Shown here: piece after piece, positions 39,430-49,280 of the stretch
Layout of the letters: every line of letters starts with the position of its first letter
Numbering within the stretch: position 1 is the stretch's first letter
NCBI GenBank assembly: GCA_963839695.1
Contig: CAWIVW010000010.1
Location: forward strand, 3,647 to 67,646
From: an uncultured Acidimicrobiia bacterium
GTDB lineage: Bacteria > Actinomycetota > Acidimicrobiia > Acidimicrobiales > Ilumatobacteraceae
DNA length: 64,000 nt
Reading direction: 5' to 3'
Notes under the pieces: model-generated
Databases searched by the model: none
Seen by the model: only the letters and a program-made list of their open reading frames with translations
What the model was told of the DNA's origin: nothing
Made by a program: the position numbers and the translations under genes

Positions 39430-41024
39430 ATCGCCCGCCGAGGCTACCCAGCGGCCGACGTGTGCACGCTGCGGGCGTTCTGTCGTTCGGAATCGGCCCG
39501 ATCCGGTCGATCCCAAACGACAGTTCGTGCGCGACATCGTCAGCCTCCGCCTCGAGGGCTGCGTCCAGCACGGTCTTGGCGATCGGGCCGGCCAGCTGAC
39601 CGCCCGTGCTCGCCGAGATCTCGGCGTTGGTGCCTTCGAGCATCACCGCCACCGCGTACTGGGGGTCGTCGGCCGGGCGCGAAGGCGACGATCCACGCGT
39701 GCGACCGCTCGGGCTCGCCGGGCTGGTTGAGCTGGGCGGTCCCGGTCTTCGCGGCGACCGGGATGCCGCCGTCGAGGGCGATGCAGCAGCTCGCCGTGCC
39801 GCTGGTGGCGACGCTCTGCATCAACGTGTTGAGGGTGCTCGCGATCTGCGGCGAGATCGGGGTCTTCCAGACCTCGGGCTCGGTGCGGTCGAGGACCCGC
39901 CCGGAATGGTCGTAGCGTGCTGTCGACCACGTACGGCTTCATCATCACGCCATCGTTGGCCACGGTCGCCGCGACCATCGCCATGTGCAGCGGGCACCAT
40001 CTGCACCTCGTTGCCGCCGAAGCCCCGCATCGCCAGGAGCGGCAACTTCTGATCGAGGTCGGTGGTGTCACCGAACGTGCTCGCCGCCGGTCGGGGCAGG
40101 TCGATCGGGAGGGTCTCCCCGACGCCCCACTCGCCGACCCCGTCGATCATCGCCTCCGGGCCGAGGTCGACGGCGGTCTTGGCGAAGGGGATGTTGCAGC
40201 TGCGCGTGAACACCTCGGTGAGGTCGCCGCCGCAGGTCGTGCCCTCGAAGTTCTCGATCGGGTTGTCCGTCTGAGGGGGCACCCACGAGCTCTCGTCGGG
40301 GAACGTGGTCTGCAGGTCGAGCACGCCGTTCTGCAGCCCGATGCTGGTGGTGAGGATCTTGAACGTCGAGCCCGGCATGTACCGCTGCTGGTACGCGTTC
40401 CCGAGCAGGGGATCGCCCGGCGACGCGTTGTAGAAGGTGAGCACGGCGCGGGCGGCCTCGAAGTCCGGGTCGGCGACGAGGTTGGGGTCGTAGCTGGGGT
40501 AGCTCCACATCGCCTGCACCGCTCCGGTGGACGGCTCGATCACGACCACCGACCCCTCGCGCTCGCCCAGCGCGTCGCGGGCGACCTGCTGCAGGTCGTC
40601 GCGGACCGTCATCCGCACCGTGCCGGAAGCGTCGGCCCCGGTGATGATGCCGGTGAGGTTGCGGAGTCGCTGCTCGCCCGTGCTGCCGGTGAGCACCGCG
40701 TTCTGCGTCCGCTCGAGCCCGGTCGATCCGAAGGCGAACGTGTAGTAGCCGGTGAGGTGGGCGTAGAGCTCACCCGTCGGGTACTCGCGCTGATAGGTGA
40801 ACTCGCTGCCGGGCGGGTTCGGCACCGACCGGGCGGCGACGACGCGGTCGACCGTCTCGATCGGCCCGCGCGGCTGCTCGTACTCGCGGCGGATCGCCCT
40901 GGTGTTGTCGAAGTTGGCGTTGAGGTCCTCCTGGCGCCCCACCTGCCAGTAGTTGAGGGCGACGAACAGCAGCCACGTAGCACGCCATCAGACCCCCGGC
41001 GAGCTGGCGGATCTGGCGGTTCAC
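39430..41024 (-). CDS. pbpA: Class B penicillin-binding protein PbpA (transpeptidase), frameshifted (at least 4 indels); 3' end approximate
   Basis: The GTG at 41024 overlaps the rodA stop. MNRQIRQLAGGLMACYVA / dimerisation domain / YMPGSTFKILT (SxxK) / LHMAMVAATVANDGVMMKPYVV / AAKTGTAQ (KTG) / AVMLEGTNAEISASTGGQLAGPIAK are spread over several frames, with breaks near 40950, 40000, 39900 and 39680. Confidence 0.85.
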
Positions 41025-42421
41025 GAGACACCCGCCGGTTCGCCGGCCGCGTTCGGACCGCGTCCGGCGGCGCAGGCGGCGGGCGGCCCAGCGCTCGGCG
41101 GGGGTGGGGTCGTCGGGAAGCTCGTGGAGCCGCCGCGCCCCGAGTCGCTGAGTCGGATCAGCAGCGCCAGCAGGATGTAGTTGGAGACCAACGACGACCC
41201 GCCGTAGCTGACGAACGGGAGCGTGATGCCCGTGAGGGGGACGACCTTGATCACGCCGGCCACGATGATGAACGCCTGCACCCCGATGATCGTGGTGAGG
41301 CCGACCGCGAGCAGCTTCTCGAACGTGTTGTCAGTGCGCAACGCCGTGCGCAGACCGGCCCCGATCAGGAGCAGGTACGCCATCAGCACGGCCGCCGCGC
41401 CGAACAGGCCGAGCTCCTCGCCGATCGCGGTGAAGATGAAGTCGTTCTGCGCTTCGGGCACCTGGTTCGGGCTGCCCCGCCCGAGTCCGGTGCCGGCGAT
41501 CCCGCCGTCGGTGAGCCCGTACAGGGCCTGCACGATCTGGTAGCCCTCGTCGAGCGAGCGCGACCACGGGTCGAGCCAGATGTCGACGCGGGTCTGCACG
41601 TGCCCGAACATCCGCCAGGCGAGATAGGCGGCCGAACCGAAGAGGACGAGCCCGATCACGAGGAACGCGGCGCGCTCCGTGGCGACCCACATCATCACGA
41701 CGAAGAGGGCGAAGAACAGCAGCGACGAGCCGAGGTCGCGCTGGCCGACCATCACCAGCACGGCGAACGCCCAGGCCAGCAGGATCGGGAGCAGGTGCCG
41801 TGGTTCGGGCAACCGGAGCGGGCCGACCTTCCACGTGCCCGTCGCGATCAGCTCGCGTGTCTCGGCGAGGTAACCGGCGAAGAAGATCGCCAGGGCGAGC
41901 TTGGCGAACTCGCCGGGCTGGAAGTTGATCGGCCCGAGGTTCACCCAGATGCGGGCGCCGCCCGAGCTGTAGCCGACCCCCGGGACCATCGGGAGCAGGA
42001 GGAGGACGATGCCGGCGAGCAGGAAGCTCCAGCGATAGCGGGCGAGGTCGGGCGCCCGCTGCACGACGAGCAACGTCGCCACGAAGACGACGACGGCGAC
42101 GATGCTCCACGTCGCCTGGAGGCCGGCGAGCCGGTCGTCGAGGCGGGTGATCATCACGTACCCGATGCCGTGGAGCAGTGCGGCGAGCGGGAGCATCGTG
42201 GCGTCGGCGCCGCGGGCGAACCAGCGCACGGCGAGATGGGCGACGACCAGCATCGCCAGCAGCACGGCGAGGAAGGGCACGATGCGGGCCGGGATCCTGG
42301 CGTAGGACCCGAGCGAGGCCAGGGTGTAGCCGCCGGCGGTGATCAACGCCGCCATGACGACGAGGGACAGCTCCGTCGAGCGACGGCTGCTGGCGATGGG
42401 GGACGCCGAGGCCATGCGCAA
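41021..42421 (-). CDS. rodA: SEDS-family peptidoglycan glycosyltransferase RodA/FtsW (intact)
   Basis: 466-aa ORF (TTG at 42421, or ATG at 42415). About 10 TM helices, with NLGPINFQPGEFAKLAL, QRDLGSSLLFF and LPFVSYGGSSL. Confidence 0.9.
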   Translation of the reverse strand: MRMASASPIASSRRSTELSLVVMAALITAGGYTLASLGSYARIPARIVPFLAVLLAMLVVAHLAVRWFARGADATMLPLAALLHGIGYVMITRLDDRLAGLQATWSIVAVVVFVATLLVVQRAPDLARYRWSFLLAGIVLLLLPMVPGVGYSSGGARIWVNLGPINFQPGEFAKLALAIFFAGYLAETRELIATGTWKVGPLRLPEPRHLLPILLAWAFAVLVMVGQRDLGSSLLFFALFVVMMWVATERAAFLVIGLVLFGSAAYLAWRMFGHVQTRVDIWLDPWSRSLDEGYQIVQALYGLTDGGIAGTGLGRGSPNQVPEAQNDFIFTAIGEELGLFGAAAVLMAYLLLIGAGLRTALRTDNTFEKLLAVGLTTIIGVQAFIIVAGVIKVVPLTGITLPFVSYGGSSLVSNYILLALLIRLSDSGRGGSTSFPTTPPPPSAGPPAACAAGRGPNAAGEPAGVS

Positions 42422-42428
42422 CCGGGCG

Positions 42429-43902
42429 CTAGGGCCCGGTGGTCGTCGTGCGCGGGACCGTCGTCGTGGTCGCCGGCACCGTCGTCGTGGTCGTCGACGT
42501 GGTGGTCGTGGTGGTCTGGAGCTGCCCGGCGACGAACTCGTCCGCGTTGCTGCGGGAGCTGAACTCCGGCTGGCGTTCGATGCGGGCGATCGAGTCGTCG
42601 TCGAGCTGGATGCGCGCGAACACCGTCGGCGCCTCCTCGGTCGGCTCGAACCACAGGAATCCGTCCGGCTGTCCCCGGTAGATCACCACTGCATCTTCGT
42701 CGTTGAAGGCGACGAAGTAGCCGCGGCGGGCCCAGGCGGCGGTGATCACGAAGGCGAGCATCAGCACGGCGAGCACACCGAGCCCGCCGAGGAACCCGGC
42801 GAGCCGGCGCTTGCGCCGCGGGCTTGGTTCGGTCGGCGACCGCGGCCGCAACGTCGGTGTCCGGCGCCGGCGCAGTCGTCGAGGCCGGCGCGCGGCGGTG
42901 CGCGTGACGAGCTCGGCGAGGTCCTCGAACTCCGTCGCCTGGACCTCAGGGTCGTCGACCGCCCAGGTGCTGGCGCTCGCACCCGGTTGCCAGGCCGGCT
43001 CGAGATCCAGCTCGGTCTCCGGGTCGGGCGGCTCGGCTCCGTCGAGGACGTCGACGACAACGACCGTCACGTTGTCCCGTCCGCCCTCCCGGTTGGCGAG
43101 GGCGACCAGCTCGTCAGCCGCGCGTTGGGCGTCGGAGATGGTGGTGAGCACGTCGCTGATGGCGTCGTCGCGCACCTCGTCGACGAGCCCGTCGCTGCAC
43201 AGCAGGAACCGGTCGCCGCGGACGATCGGCAGCGTCCACGCGTCGACGCGCACCGAGGGATCGATGCCGAGCGCTCGCGTGACGATGTTGCGGCGAGGAT
43301 GGGTGCGGGCCTCGTCGTCGGTGATGTGTCCGGTCGTGACGAGCTCCTGGACGTAGCTGTGGTCGACCGTGACGCGGCGCAAGCGGTCGTGACGCAGGAG
43401 GTAGGTCCGCGAGTCGCCGACGTTGATGAGGGCGAAGAGTTCTGCGTCCGCGCTGTCGGTCTCCCTCGACGTCTCCTCCGCTGTGTTCTCGCTCGGCTGG
43501 GCATTGGCGCTGGCGCTTCCCTCGGCGCCTGCACCTTCGGCCGCCGACGGGTCGCCATCCGGAGCTTCGGTTGTCAGACCGTTGGTTTCGCCGTCGGAGA
43601 TCACGATCAGGGCGGTGACCGTCGTGCCCATCCCCTGTTGGGCGGGATTGTCGAGGGCGGCGCGGTAGATGTCGCCGTTGGCCTCGGCGATCGCGGCGAG
43701 GACGTCGTCGAGGCCCGCTCCCGGTTCGCTCAGGCGCGACCGAAGCAGCTCGACGGCCAGAGCACTCGCCACCTCGCCGGCACGGTGGCCGCCCATCCCG
43801 TCGGCCACCGCGAACACGCGCTGGCGCAACGAGCATGTTGTCCTCGTTGTCGGGACGGATACGACCCGCATCGGTCGCCGAACCCCATCGCAAGGTCACC
43901 AC
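42429..43902 (-). CDS. pstP: Membrane-anchored PP2C phosphatase PstP, frameshifted (1 extra C near 43835)
   Basis: MVTLRWGSATDAGRIRPDNEDNMLVA continues in the next frame as QRVFAVADGMGGHRAGE. Also DRFLLCSDGL, GGRDNVTVVVVDV, the TM segment FLGGLGVLAVLMLAFVI and a poly-Thr tail. Confidence 0.9.
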
Positions 43903-44393
43903 TACTGAGCCTCCAACACGGTGTAGCCGACCTGGATGCGATCGCCGGGATGGAGCAGGCGGGCGCCGACCAGGCGGTTGCCGTTGTGGAACGAGCCGTT
44001 CGTCGAGCCGAGGTCCTCGACCATCGGCTGGCCCTCGACGTCGTACACCTTGGCGTGGTGCTGCGACACGAAGGTGTCGCTGTCGATGACGACCGTCGAC
44101 GCCGGGTCGCGCCCGATCGTGATCACCCCGCCGAGGGGAAACGTCGCGCCCTTACGGGCCTTGGGCTCGACGACCACGAGCCGGGCGACCCGGCCACCTC
44201 GACCCTTGGGCGCCCGCCGGGGCCGCGGCGTGGCAGCGGCGACGGTGGCGGCCTGATCGTCGACCGGCGCCTGGGTCACGACCCGCTGGCCGCGTCGGAC
44301 CTCGCTCCACACCGCCCACAGGACGCGAGCGAAGAAGAGGTAGAGCAACCCCAACAGGACGAGCTTGAGGATGTCGAGTGCCTGGTCGGTCAT
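43902..44393 (-). CDS. fhaB: FHA-domain protein FhaB/FipA (N-terminal TM plus C-terminal FHA), intact
   Basis: ILKLVLLGLLYLFFARVLWAV is the TM segment. ITIGRDPASTVVIDSDTFVSQHHAKV...VEDLGSTNGSFHNG is the FHA domain. Confidence 0.9.
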   Translation of the reverse strand: MTDQALDILKLVLLGLLYLFFARVLWAVWSEVRRGQRVVTQAPVDDQAATVAAATPRPRRAPKGRGGRVARLVVVEPKARKGATFPLGGVITIGRDPASTVVIDSDTFVSQHHAKVYDVEGQPMVEDLGSTNGSFHNGNRLVGARLLHPGDRIQVGYTVLEAQ

Positions 44394-44417
44394 GTCGGAG
44401 GGCGCCCGCCTGGTCAG

Positions 44418-45077
44418 CTAGGACGCCTCGAATCGTACGTAGGTGGACCCGAAGCTCAGGATGTCCCCGTCGACGAGCCGTTGCTCGCCGTTGATGCGGG
44501 TGCCGTTCACCATCGTGCCGTTGGTCGATCCGAGATCGGCGACGACGTAGGCCCCTTGGCCGGGGCTGATCTGGGCGTGGCGGCGGCTGACGTTGTGGTC
44601 GCTGAGCGGCACGGTGCAGTCGGCGAGCCGGCCGATCGTGACCGGGCGGTCGCCGAGGGGGACGCGCTGGCCCGAGGGCAGCACGAGCGAGCCCGCACCC
44701 ACACCGCCGGTCGCCTGCCGCAGCGTGGCCAGGACCCCGAACCGGCCGCCCTTCAGGCTCTCGTCGACGGCGAGCTCGACGCGGACCGGGCCCATGAAGT
44801 GGTAGCCCTCCTCACGGGCGTACTCGCGAGCCGCCTCGACGAGCTCGGACTGGAGGACGTCGTGAATGTCCTGGAAGCCGTCGAAGTCGCGCTGGCTGAG
44901 CTTGATCTGGAAGTCGTTCGGCACGACCCGCCGGCCCTTGACGTCGACCGAGCGCTGGTCGTCCATCTCCCGCACCAACCGGCGACCGAGCTCGATCGGG
45001 CGGATGGTGCTGCGCGAACCACGGAACACGCCCTCGACCATACGCTCCAGCCGGCGCTCGAGTGATTGCAGGCCCAT
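44418..45077 (-). CDS. fhaA: FhaA (DUF3662 N-domain plus C-terminal FHA), intact
   Basis: ATG at 45077. MGLQSLERRLERMVEGVFRGSRSTIRPIELGRRLVREMDD is the DUF3662 signature. VTIGRLADCTVPLSDHNVSRRHAQI...DLGSTNGTMVNG is the FHA domain. Confidence 0.9.
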   Translation of the reverse strand: MGLQSLERRLERMVEGVFRGSRSTIRPIELGRRLVREMDDQRSVDVKGRRVVPNDFQIKLSQRDFDGFQDIHDVLQSELVEAAREYAREEGYHFMGPVRVELAVDESLKGGRFGVLATLRQATGGVGAGSLVLPSGQRVPLGDRPVTIGRLADCTVPLSDHNVSRRHAQISPGQGAYVVADLGSTNGTMVNGTRINGEQRLVDGDILSFGSTYVRFEAS

Positions 45078-45195
45078 GGTGGCCGACGATGCTACCGGCG
45101 GCCCTCCGCGACCCTTCCGGGCCCCCGGCGAACCCATCTCCCAAATCTTGAAGTACAGGCGATGCGGGCGCGTTGGTAGCCTTGCCGTGCTACTC

Positions 45196-45278
45196 GGGCG
45201 AGTGGCGGAATGGCAGACGCGCTGGCTTCAGGTGCCAGTGAGGGTTTCCTCGTGGGGGTTCAAGTCCCCCCTCGCCCA
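45196..45278 (+). tRNA. tRNA-Leu (anticodon CAG), class II with a long variable arm
   Basis: Acceptor stem GGGCGAG/CTCGCCC, anticodon stem-loop CTGGC-TTCAGGT-GCCAG, variable arm TGAGGGTTTCCTCGT, T-arm GGGGG-TTCAAGT-CCCCC, discriminator A. It is in the same position as leuT next to fhaA in mycobacteria. Confidence 0.93.
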
Positions 45279-45537
45279 CTGTAAAGCCGCTGCCGCCCGC
45301 CGAGATGCGTCTGAGGCGGGTACGCCACGTCGGTTGACGTCAGCGAGACGCCAAAGTGCTTGATCCCTGAGGGCCCGGGCCCCCTTGCATTTCTCGTGGA
45401 GGGTCGGACACCCGCATCTCCGGCGCACCCCGGTTGTCACCCGCCCGCGAGCTGAGCTTCGCGGACCAGCCTCTGCTGGCGGTATGGTCGAGCGCCAGTA
45501 TCGTCGTCATTCCGGCGGTCGCTCGGGGGGCTTCATC

Positions 45538-46464
45538 ATGATGCGCAAACGTTCTCAACTCGTCCTCGCCGGCATCGTCGGTGCCGGATCACTCGTCGCC
45601 GCGACGCAGCCCGTAGGGGCGATCACGGGCGGCACCGAAGACACGGCGAACAAGTACAGCAACGTCGGGCAACTCGTCTTCTACCAACCCGATGGGCGTT
45701 TCCGGTGCTCAGGCACACTGATCGCGCCCCGGGTCCTTCTCACTGCCGCCCACTGCACCTTCCAGGACATCGGCCAGGTCGTGGTCTCGTTCGACCCGGT
45801 GATCGCGCGAACGGAGCAGGAGGCGGAACGTGACATCCCGCGCGCCGCCGACGACACCGGTCCCGACGACGCCATCTCCGCGGTCGGCTTCACGGAAGCC
45901 GACATCACCGCGCCGGGCTACGAGGGCGAGCAGACGTGGTTCCTCGGAACGCCGGTGACGCACCCCGACTACAGCGACTTCACCGACCTCCGCAATTGGA
46001 ACGACACGGGCGTGGTCATCCTCGACGAGGCGCCCGGGCTGCCGACCACGCCGTTGGCGCCGGCGAACTACCTCAACCGGTTTGCCCAGCCGCGCCTCAA
46101 CAAGACCGAGTTCCTCACGATCGGCTACGGCACCGAAGTTCGCAAAGCCGACTCGGGCCCGCAGACGCCGACGCCGATGCGCCAGCCGATCGTCCGGCGG
46201 TACACGACCGAGATCGGCCAGAAGCTGACCGCCCAGATCCTCCAGATGAACGGCAACGAGAAAGATCCTCGCGCCGGCGGAGGCACCTGTTTCGGTGACT
46301 CGGGTGGCCCGGCGCTTCACGGTGGCTTCGTCGTCGCTGACACGAGCTACGGCTACACGAACAACTGTCGTTACCTCGGTGGCTACCAACGCGTCGACGT
46401 TCCGGTGGTCCGCAACTGGCTGCTCGACTGCACGACCGACTTGAGTTGTCCGACGAAGGAGTAG
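45538..46464 (+). CDS. Secreted trypsin-like (S1 family) serine protease, intact
   Basis: Signal peptide MMRKRSQLVLAGIVGAGSLVAA, then LTAAHC (His), DTGVVIL (Asp) and CFGDSGGP (Ser). Confidence 0.85.
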   Translation: MMRKRSQLVLAGIVGAGSLVAATQPVGAITGGTEDTANKYSNVGQLVFYQPDGRFRCSGTLIAPRVLLTAAHCTFQDIGQVVVSFDPVIARTEQEAERDIPRAADDTGPDDAISAVGFTEADITAPGYEGEQTWFLGTPVTHPDYSDFTDLRNWNDTGVVILDEAPGLPTTPLAPANYLNRFAQPRLNKTEFLTIGYGTEVRKADSGPQTPTPMRQPIVRRYTTEIGQKLTAQILQMNGNEKDPRAGGGTCFGDSGGPALHGGFVVADTSYGYTNNCRYLGGYQRVDVPVVRNWLLDCTTDLSCPTKE

Positions 46465-47058
46465 CAGCCCGGTTCCGTGAGCCGGCCTCCTGAACCGGAC
46501 CCACTGACAGCAACATCGCCTACTCCTCCGTGCCGCCCCCCGCATCAGCAGCATCCTGGCCCAGGCCCCACCAGACCGCAGCCGTGACCTCGACGCCCTC
46601 ACCAAGGTTCGGCGAGTGGCCGTCAGTGAGCTGAAGCAGGCCAACTTCGACGTAGCCCGGCTCGAATGCCGCAAGCGGCCGCTCGGGGAGCGCCGCAATC
46701 CCGACATCGAACTGATCCACGCGCAGCCGCGTGAGCACCACTCATGGGGACCGACAGGGCACCGGGTTCTCTGCTTCGGGGCGAGGAGGGGCTCACGCAG
46801 GTCGGACCGGTGGCGTCGCACGCGGGCTAGATGACAATTGGCTGATTGACTGATCACCGCCGCCCTGGCCCCCGGTCTTCGTCCGCCGCTGACCGGTCGA
46901 GCCGGGGCGACGGCACTCTCTACGGCGGCGTGTCCCGTCTCGTGGGGGCGCAGTCCGGGCACCGCCAGCGCGGGGGACGTTCGTGTCGAGGTAGACCACC
47001 GCCGGCAACACGCTCGGCGTTCAACTGGGGGCCTACTCCCAACGGACATCGCGTGTAT

Positions 47059-47300
47059 ATGAGCGACGCCCAGTGGACTGAGCTGGAGCCTTTGGCCCCT
47101 GCCGTCAGGTGAACGGCGCCGAGCCGTTCATTTCGTGCGGGACAGCTGGGTCACCGCGAACGGCGACCCGAGCCCGAAGGGACCGCGAAGACCGTGTGGG
47201 GACCTACGCGCTGCCGCGAGTTGTACCGGCAATCACCGTCGCCTACTGTGCCCGCCACGCCGGCAGACGGGGACCGGCTCGAGGGAGGGGACGGTGAGCG
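47059..47300 (+). mobile_element. Possible degraded IS5/DUF4096-type transposase N-terminal remnant
   Basis: MSDAQWTELEPLAPAVR* resembles the L/M-[ST]-D-x-x-W-x-x-[IL]-EPLLP start of IS5-family transposases. Downstream frames show only vague similarity. I did not see inverted repeats. Confidence 0.2.
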
Positions 47301-47377
47301 GGAGTCAGGGAAAGGTACGGTCGCCGGAACGCGGCCAAGGTCTGGATGTGGGGTCGCATGCTCGGCACGAAGTGCAG

Positions 47378-48961
47378 GTGCGAGGACGTCACCACCTGGG
47401 TTTGTGGATGGCACTGATGATTGCGGCGGCCGCGCTGGCGTCACCGCTTGTGGCGCCGAACCCACCGGCGGCGGACGCGGCTGGTCCGTTCACGGTGACC
47501 CGCTTGCTCAACCAGCTGACCGTCCGTCGGGAGAACAACCGGGGATACGACCGAGACAAGTTCGCGGGCTGGCTCGATCGGGACCACGATGGGTGCAACA
47601 CCCGGGCCGAGGTGCTGATGCAGGAAAGCCGGCGCCGGGTGCGCAGGACCGCCTCGTGCAGGGTGACGAGGGGGCGATGGTTCTCGACGTACGACGGTGT
47701 GACGATCTACCGGCCACGCCGGATCCGCATCGATCACGTTGTGGCGCTCGCCGAGGCATGGGGCTCAGGCGCCCGCCGTTGGAACCGGGACACCCGGAAG
47801 CGGTACGCCAACGACTTGGTGTTCGCCGGATCGTTGCGGGCGGTGTCGACAGGCTCGGACGTGCGCAAAGGCAACAAGGATCCCGCCGACTGGTTGCCGC
47901 CCCGGGCGGCCGCCCGCTGCCGCTACGTCCGTGACTGGGTGGCGATCAAGTGGCGTTGGGGGCTGTCAATCAATGTTGCCGAGCGCAAGGCGATCGGCAA
48001 CGTGCTTCGGCGGTGCCCCGCCATGACGGTGCGGGTATCCAGAGCCAGAGTCACCGTGGGCCCCGTCGACACGAGGTTCTCGTTCGTCGTCATGCCCGAC
48101 ACGCAGAACGAGGTATACGCCGGGGAGGTGCGCATGCAGGAGCGCGTCGACTGGCTGCTGGCCCACCGACGTCGCCTTGACATGCGGTGGGTGCTGCACA
48201 GCGGCGACGTCCACAACTGGGACACCGCCGACCACGCGCAGTTCGCGGCGATGAGCTCGTGGTTGCGCCCGCTGGAGACTGCCGGAGTGCCGATGGTGTT
48301 GACCACCGGCAACCACGACACCGCAGCGGTGTGTCCGGGCGGGAGCGCCTGCCCCGGTCAGGACACGAGCGTCGCGCTCCGCAACACGTCGACGTGGAAC
48401 TACTACTACCCGCCGGCCCGGTTCAGGCTCAACGGGGTGTACCAAGCCGGCAAGTCCGAAAACGGGTGGCGGGCGTTCAGCGCCGGTGGCAAGCGATGGC
48501 TCGCGCTCAGCCTGGAGCTGTATCCGCGCACGGCGGTCATCAAGTGGGCCAAGCAGGTGGTGGCGAACCATCCCCACCACAACGTGATCGTGGTGACGCA
48601 CCACTTCCTCGACCACCCCGGTCACGTGTCGACGAGCAACGGTGGGTACGGGGCGAACAGTCCGGCGACGTTGTGGAACGCGCTCGACGACTACCGCAAC
48701 GTGGTGATGACGTTCTCAGGTCACATGGGTCAGGCGGCCAACGGCACCCTGACCGCACCCGACGGGCATCGAGTGGCGACGTTCCTGCAGACCTTCCACG
48801 ACCCGACCTACAACCCGACGCGCATCGTCACCGTCGACACCGCCGCCCGCACGATCTCGACGAAGATCGTCGCCAACTGGAACCGGACCCTCCGCCAGAA
48901 CGTCAACTACGAGTACACCGCCTACCGGACGACGATCACCGGCATGCGCTACGTCAACTGA
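47378..48961 (+). CDS. Secreted DUF1524-type HNH nuclease domain fused to a calcineurin-like metallophosphoesterase (paralog 1, intact)
   Basis: Signal peptide ...LWMALMIAAAALASPLVA. DUF1524 part: GYDRDKFAGWLDRDHDGCNTRAEVL...IDHVVALAEAWGSGARRW...YANDL...RKGNKDPADWLPP. MPE part: FSFVVMPDTQNE, VLHSGDVHNW, TTGNHDT, VVTHHF and FSGHMG. The start codon (GTG 47378 or ATG 47408) is uncertain. Confidence 0.8.
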   Translation: MRGRHHLGLWMALMIAAAALASPLVAPNPPAADAAGPFTVTRLLNQLTVRRENNRGYDRDKFAGWLDRDHDGCNTRAEVLMQESRRRVRRTASCRVTRGRWFSTYDGVTIYRPRRIRIDHVVALAEAWGSGARRWNRDTRKRYANDLVFAGSLRAVSTGSDVRKGNKDPADWLPPRAAARCRYVRDWVAIKWRWGLSINVAERKAIGNVLRRCPAMTVRVSRARVTVGPVDTRFSFVVMPDTQNEVYAGEVRMQERVDWLLAHRRRLDMRWVLHSGDVHNWDTADHAQFAAMSSWLRPLETAGVPMVLTTGNHDTAAVCPGGSACPGQDTSVALRNTSTWNYYYPPARFRLNGVYQAGKSENGWRAFSAGGKRWLALSLELYPRTAVIKWAKQVVANHPHHNVIVVTHHFLDHPGHVSTSNGGYGANSPATLWNALDDYRNVVMTFSGHMGQAANGTLTAPDGHRVATFLQTFHDPTYNPTRIVTVDTAARTISTKIVANWNRTLRQNVNYEYTAYRTTITGMRYVN

Positions 48962-48963
48962 TC

Positions 48964-48989
48964 GGAGGTCGTACTCAGCCACGACCTCC
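48964..48989 (+). terminator. Hairpin after paralog 1
   Basis: GGAGGTCGT-ACTCAGCC-ACGACCTCC, a 9-bp stem starting 3 nt after the stop. Confidence 0.5.
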
Positions 48990-49280
48990 CCGCCGCGGAG
49001 CCCGCGCTCTCGACGAGGGCGGAGTACTCCTCGCACCATTCCGGGCGAGATTCAACGACGAGCAGTCAGCGGGGGGAGGCACTCCCCCGGCCCGCTCCCG
49101 ACCTTGGCGGTCCGAGGCTGGCCTCATTGGAGCGCGGGGACCGTCGACATCCTCGCTCGGATCGGCGATCAGGTGTTCCCGCGGTATTGCTGGTACGGCG
49201 AGAGAACGCATGTGACCAATGTCACGGTGGTTCGAGCGGGCGATAGTCGAGATCGCGCCTTTCGATGTCGATAGCAGACT

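Noticed and set aside
37691-39652. ORF 37691..39652, which appears to fuse the PbpA C-terminus in-frame to PknB.
   Set aside because: The kinase has its own GTG at 39397, right where the conserved kinase N-terminus begins. The upstream part is the tail of pbpA, whose stop is probably masked by an indel (a TAG exists in a neighbouring frame at ~39445).
36347-45077. Genuine pseudogenisation or programmed frameshifting of crgA, trpG, pknB, pbpA and pstP.
   Set aside because: The breaks are single-base changes, mostly at short homopolymers. They occur at similar density in unrelated genes across the window and affect core division genes. Sequencing indels are the simpler explanation, but this needs read-level confirmation.
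46520-46741. A 73-aa minus-strand ORF (MVLTRLRVDQFDVGIAALPERPLAAF...) in the lower-GC gap after the S1 protease.
   Set aside because: It has no recognisable motif and no clear ribosome-binding site, and it lies in a region that looks like degraded DNA. There is not enough support to annotate it.
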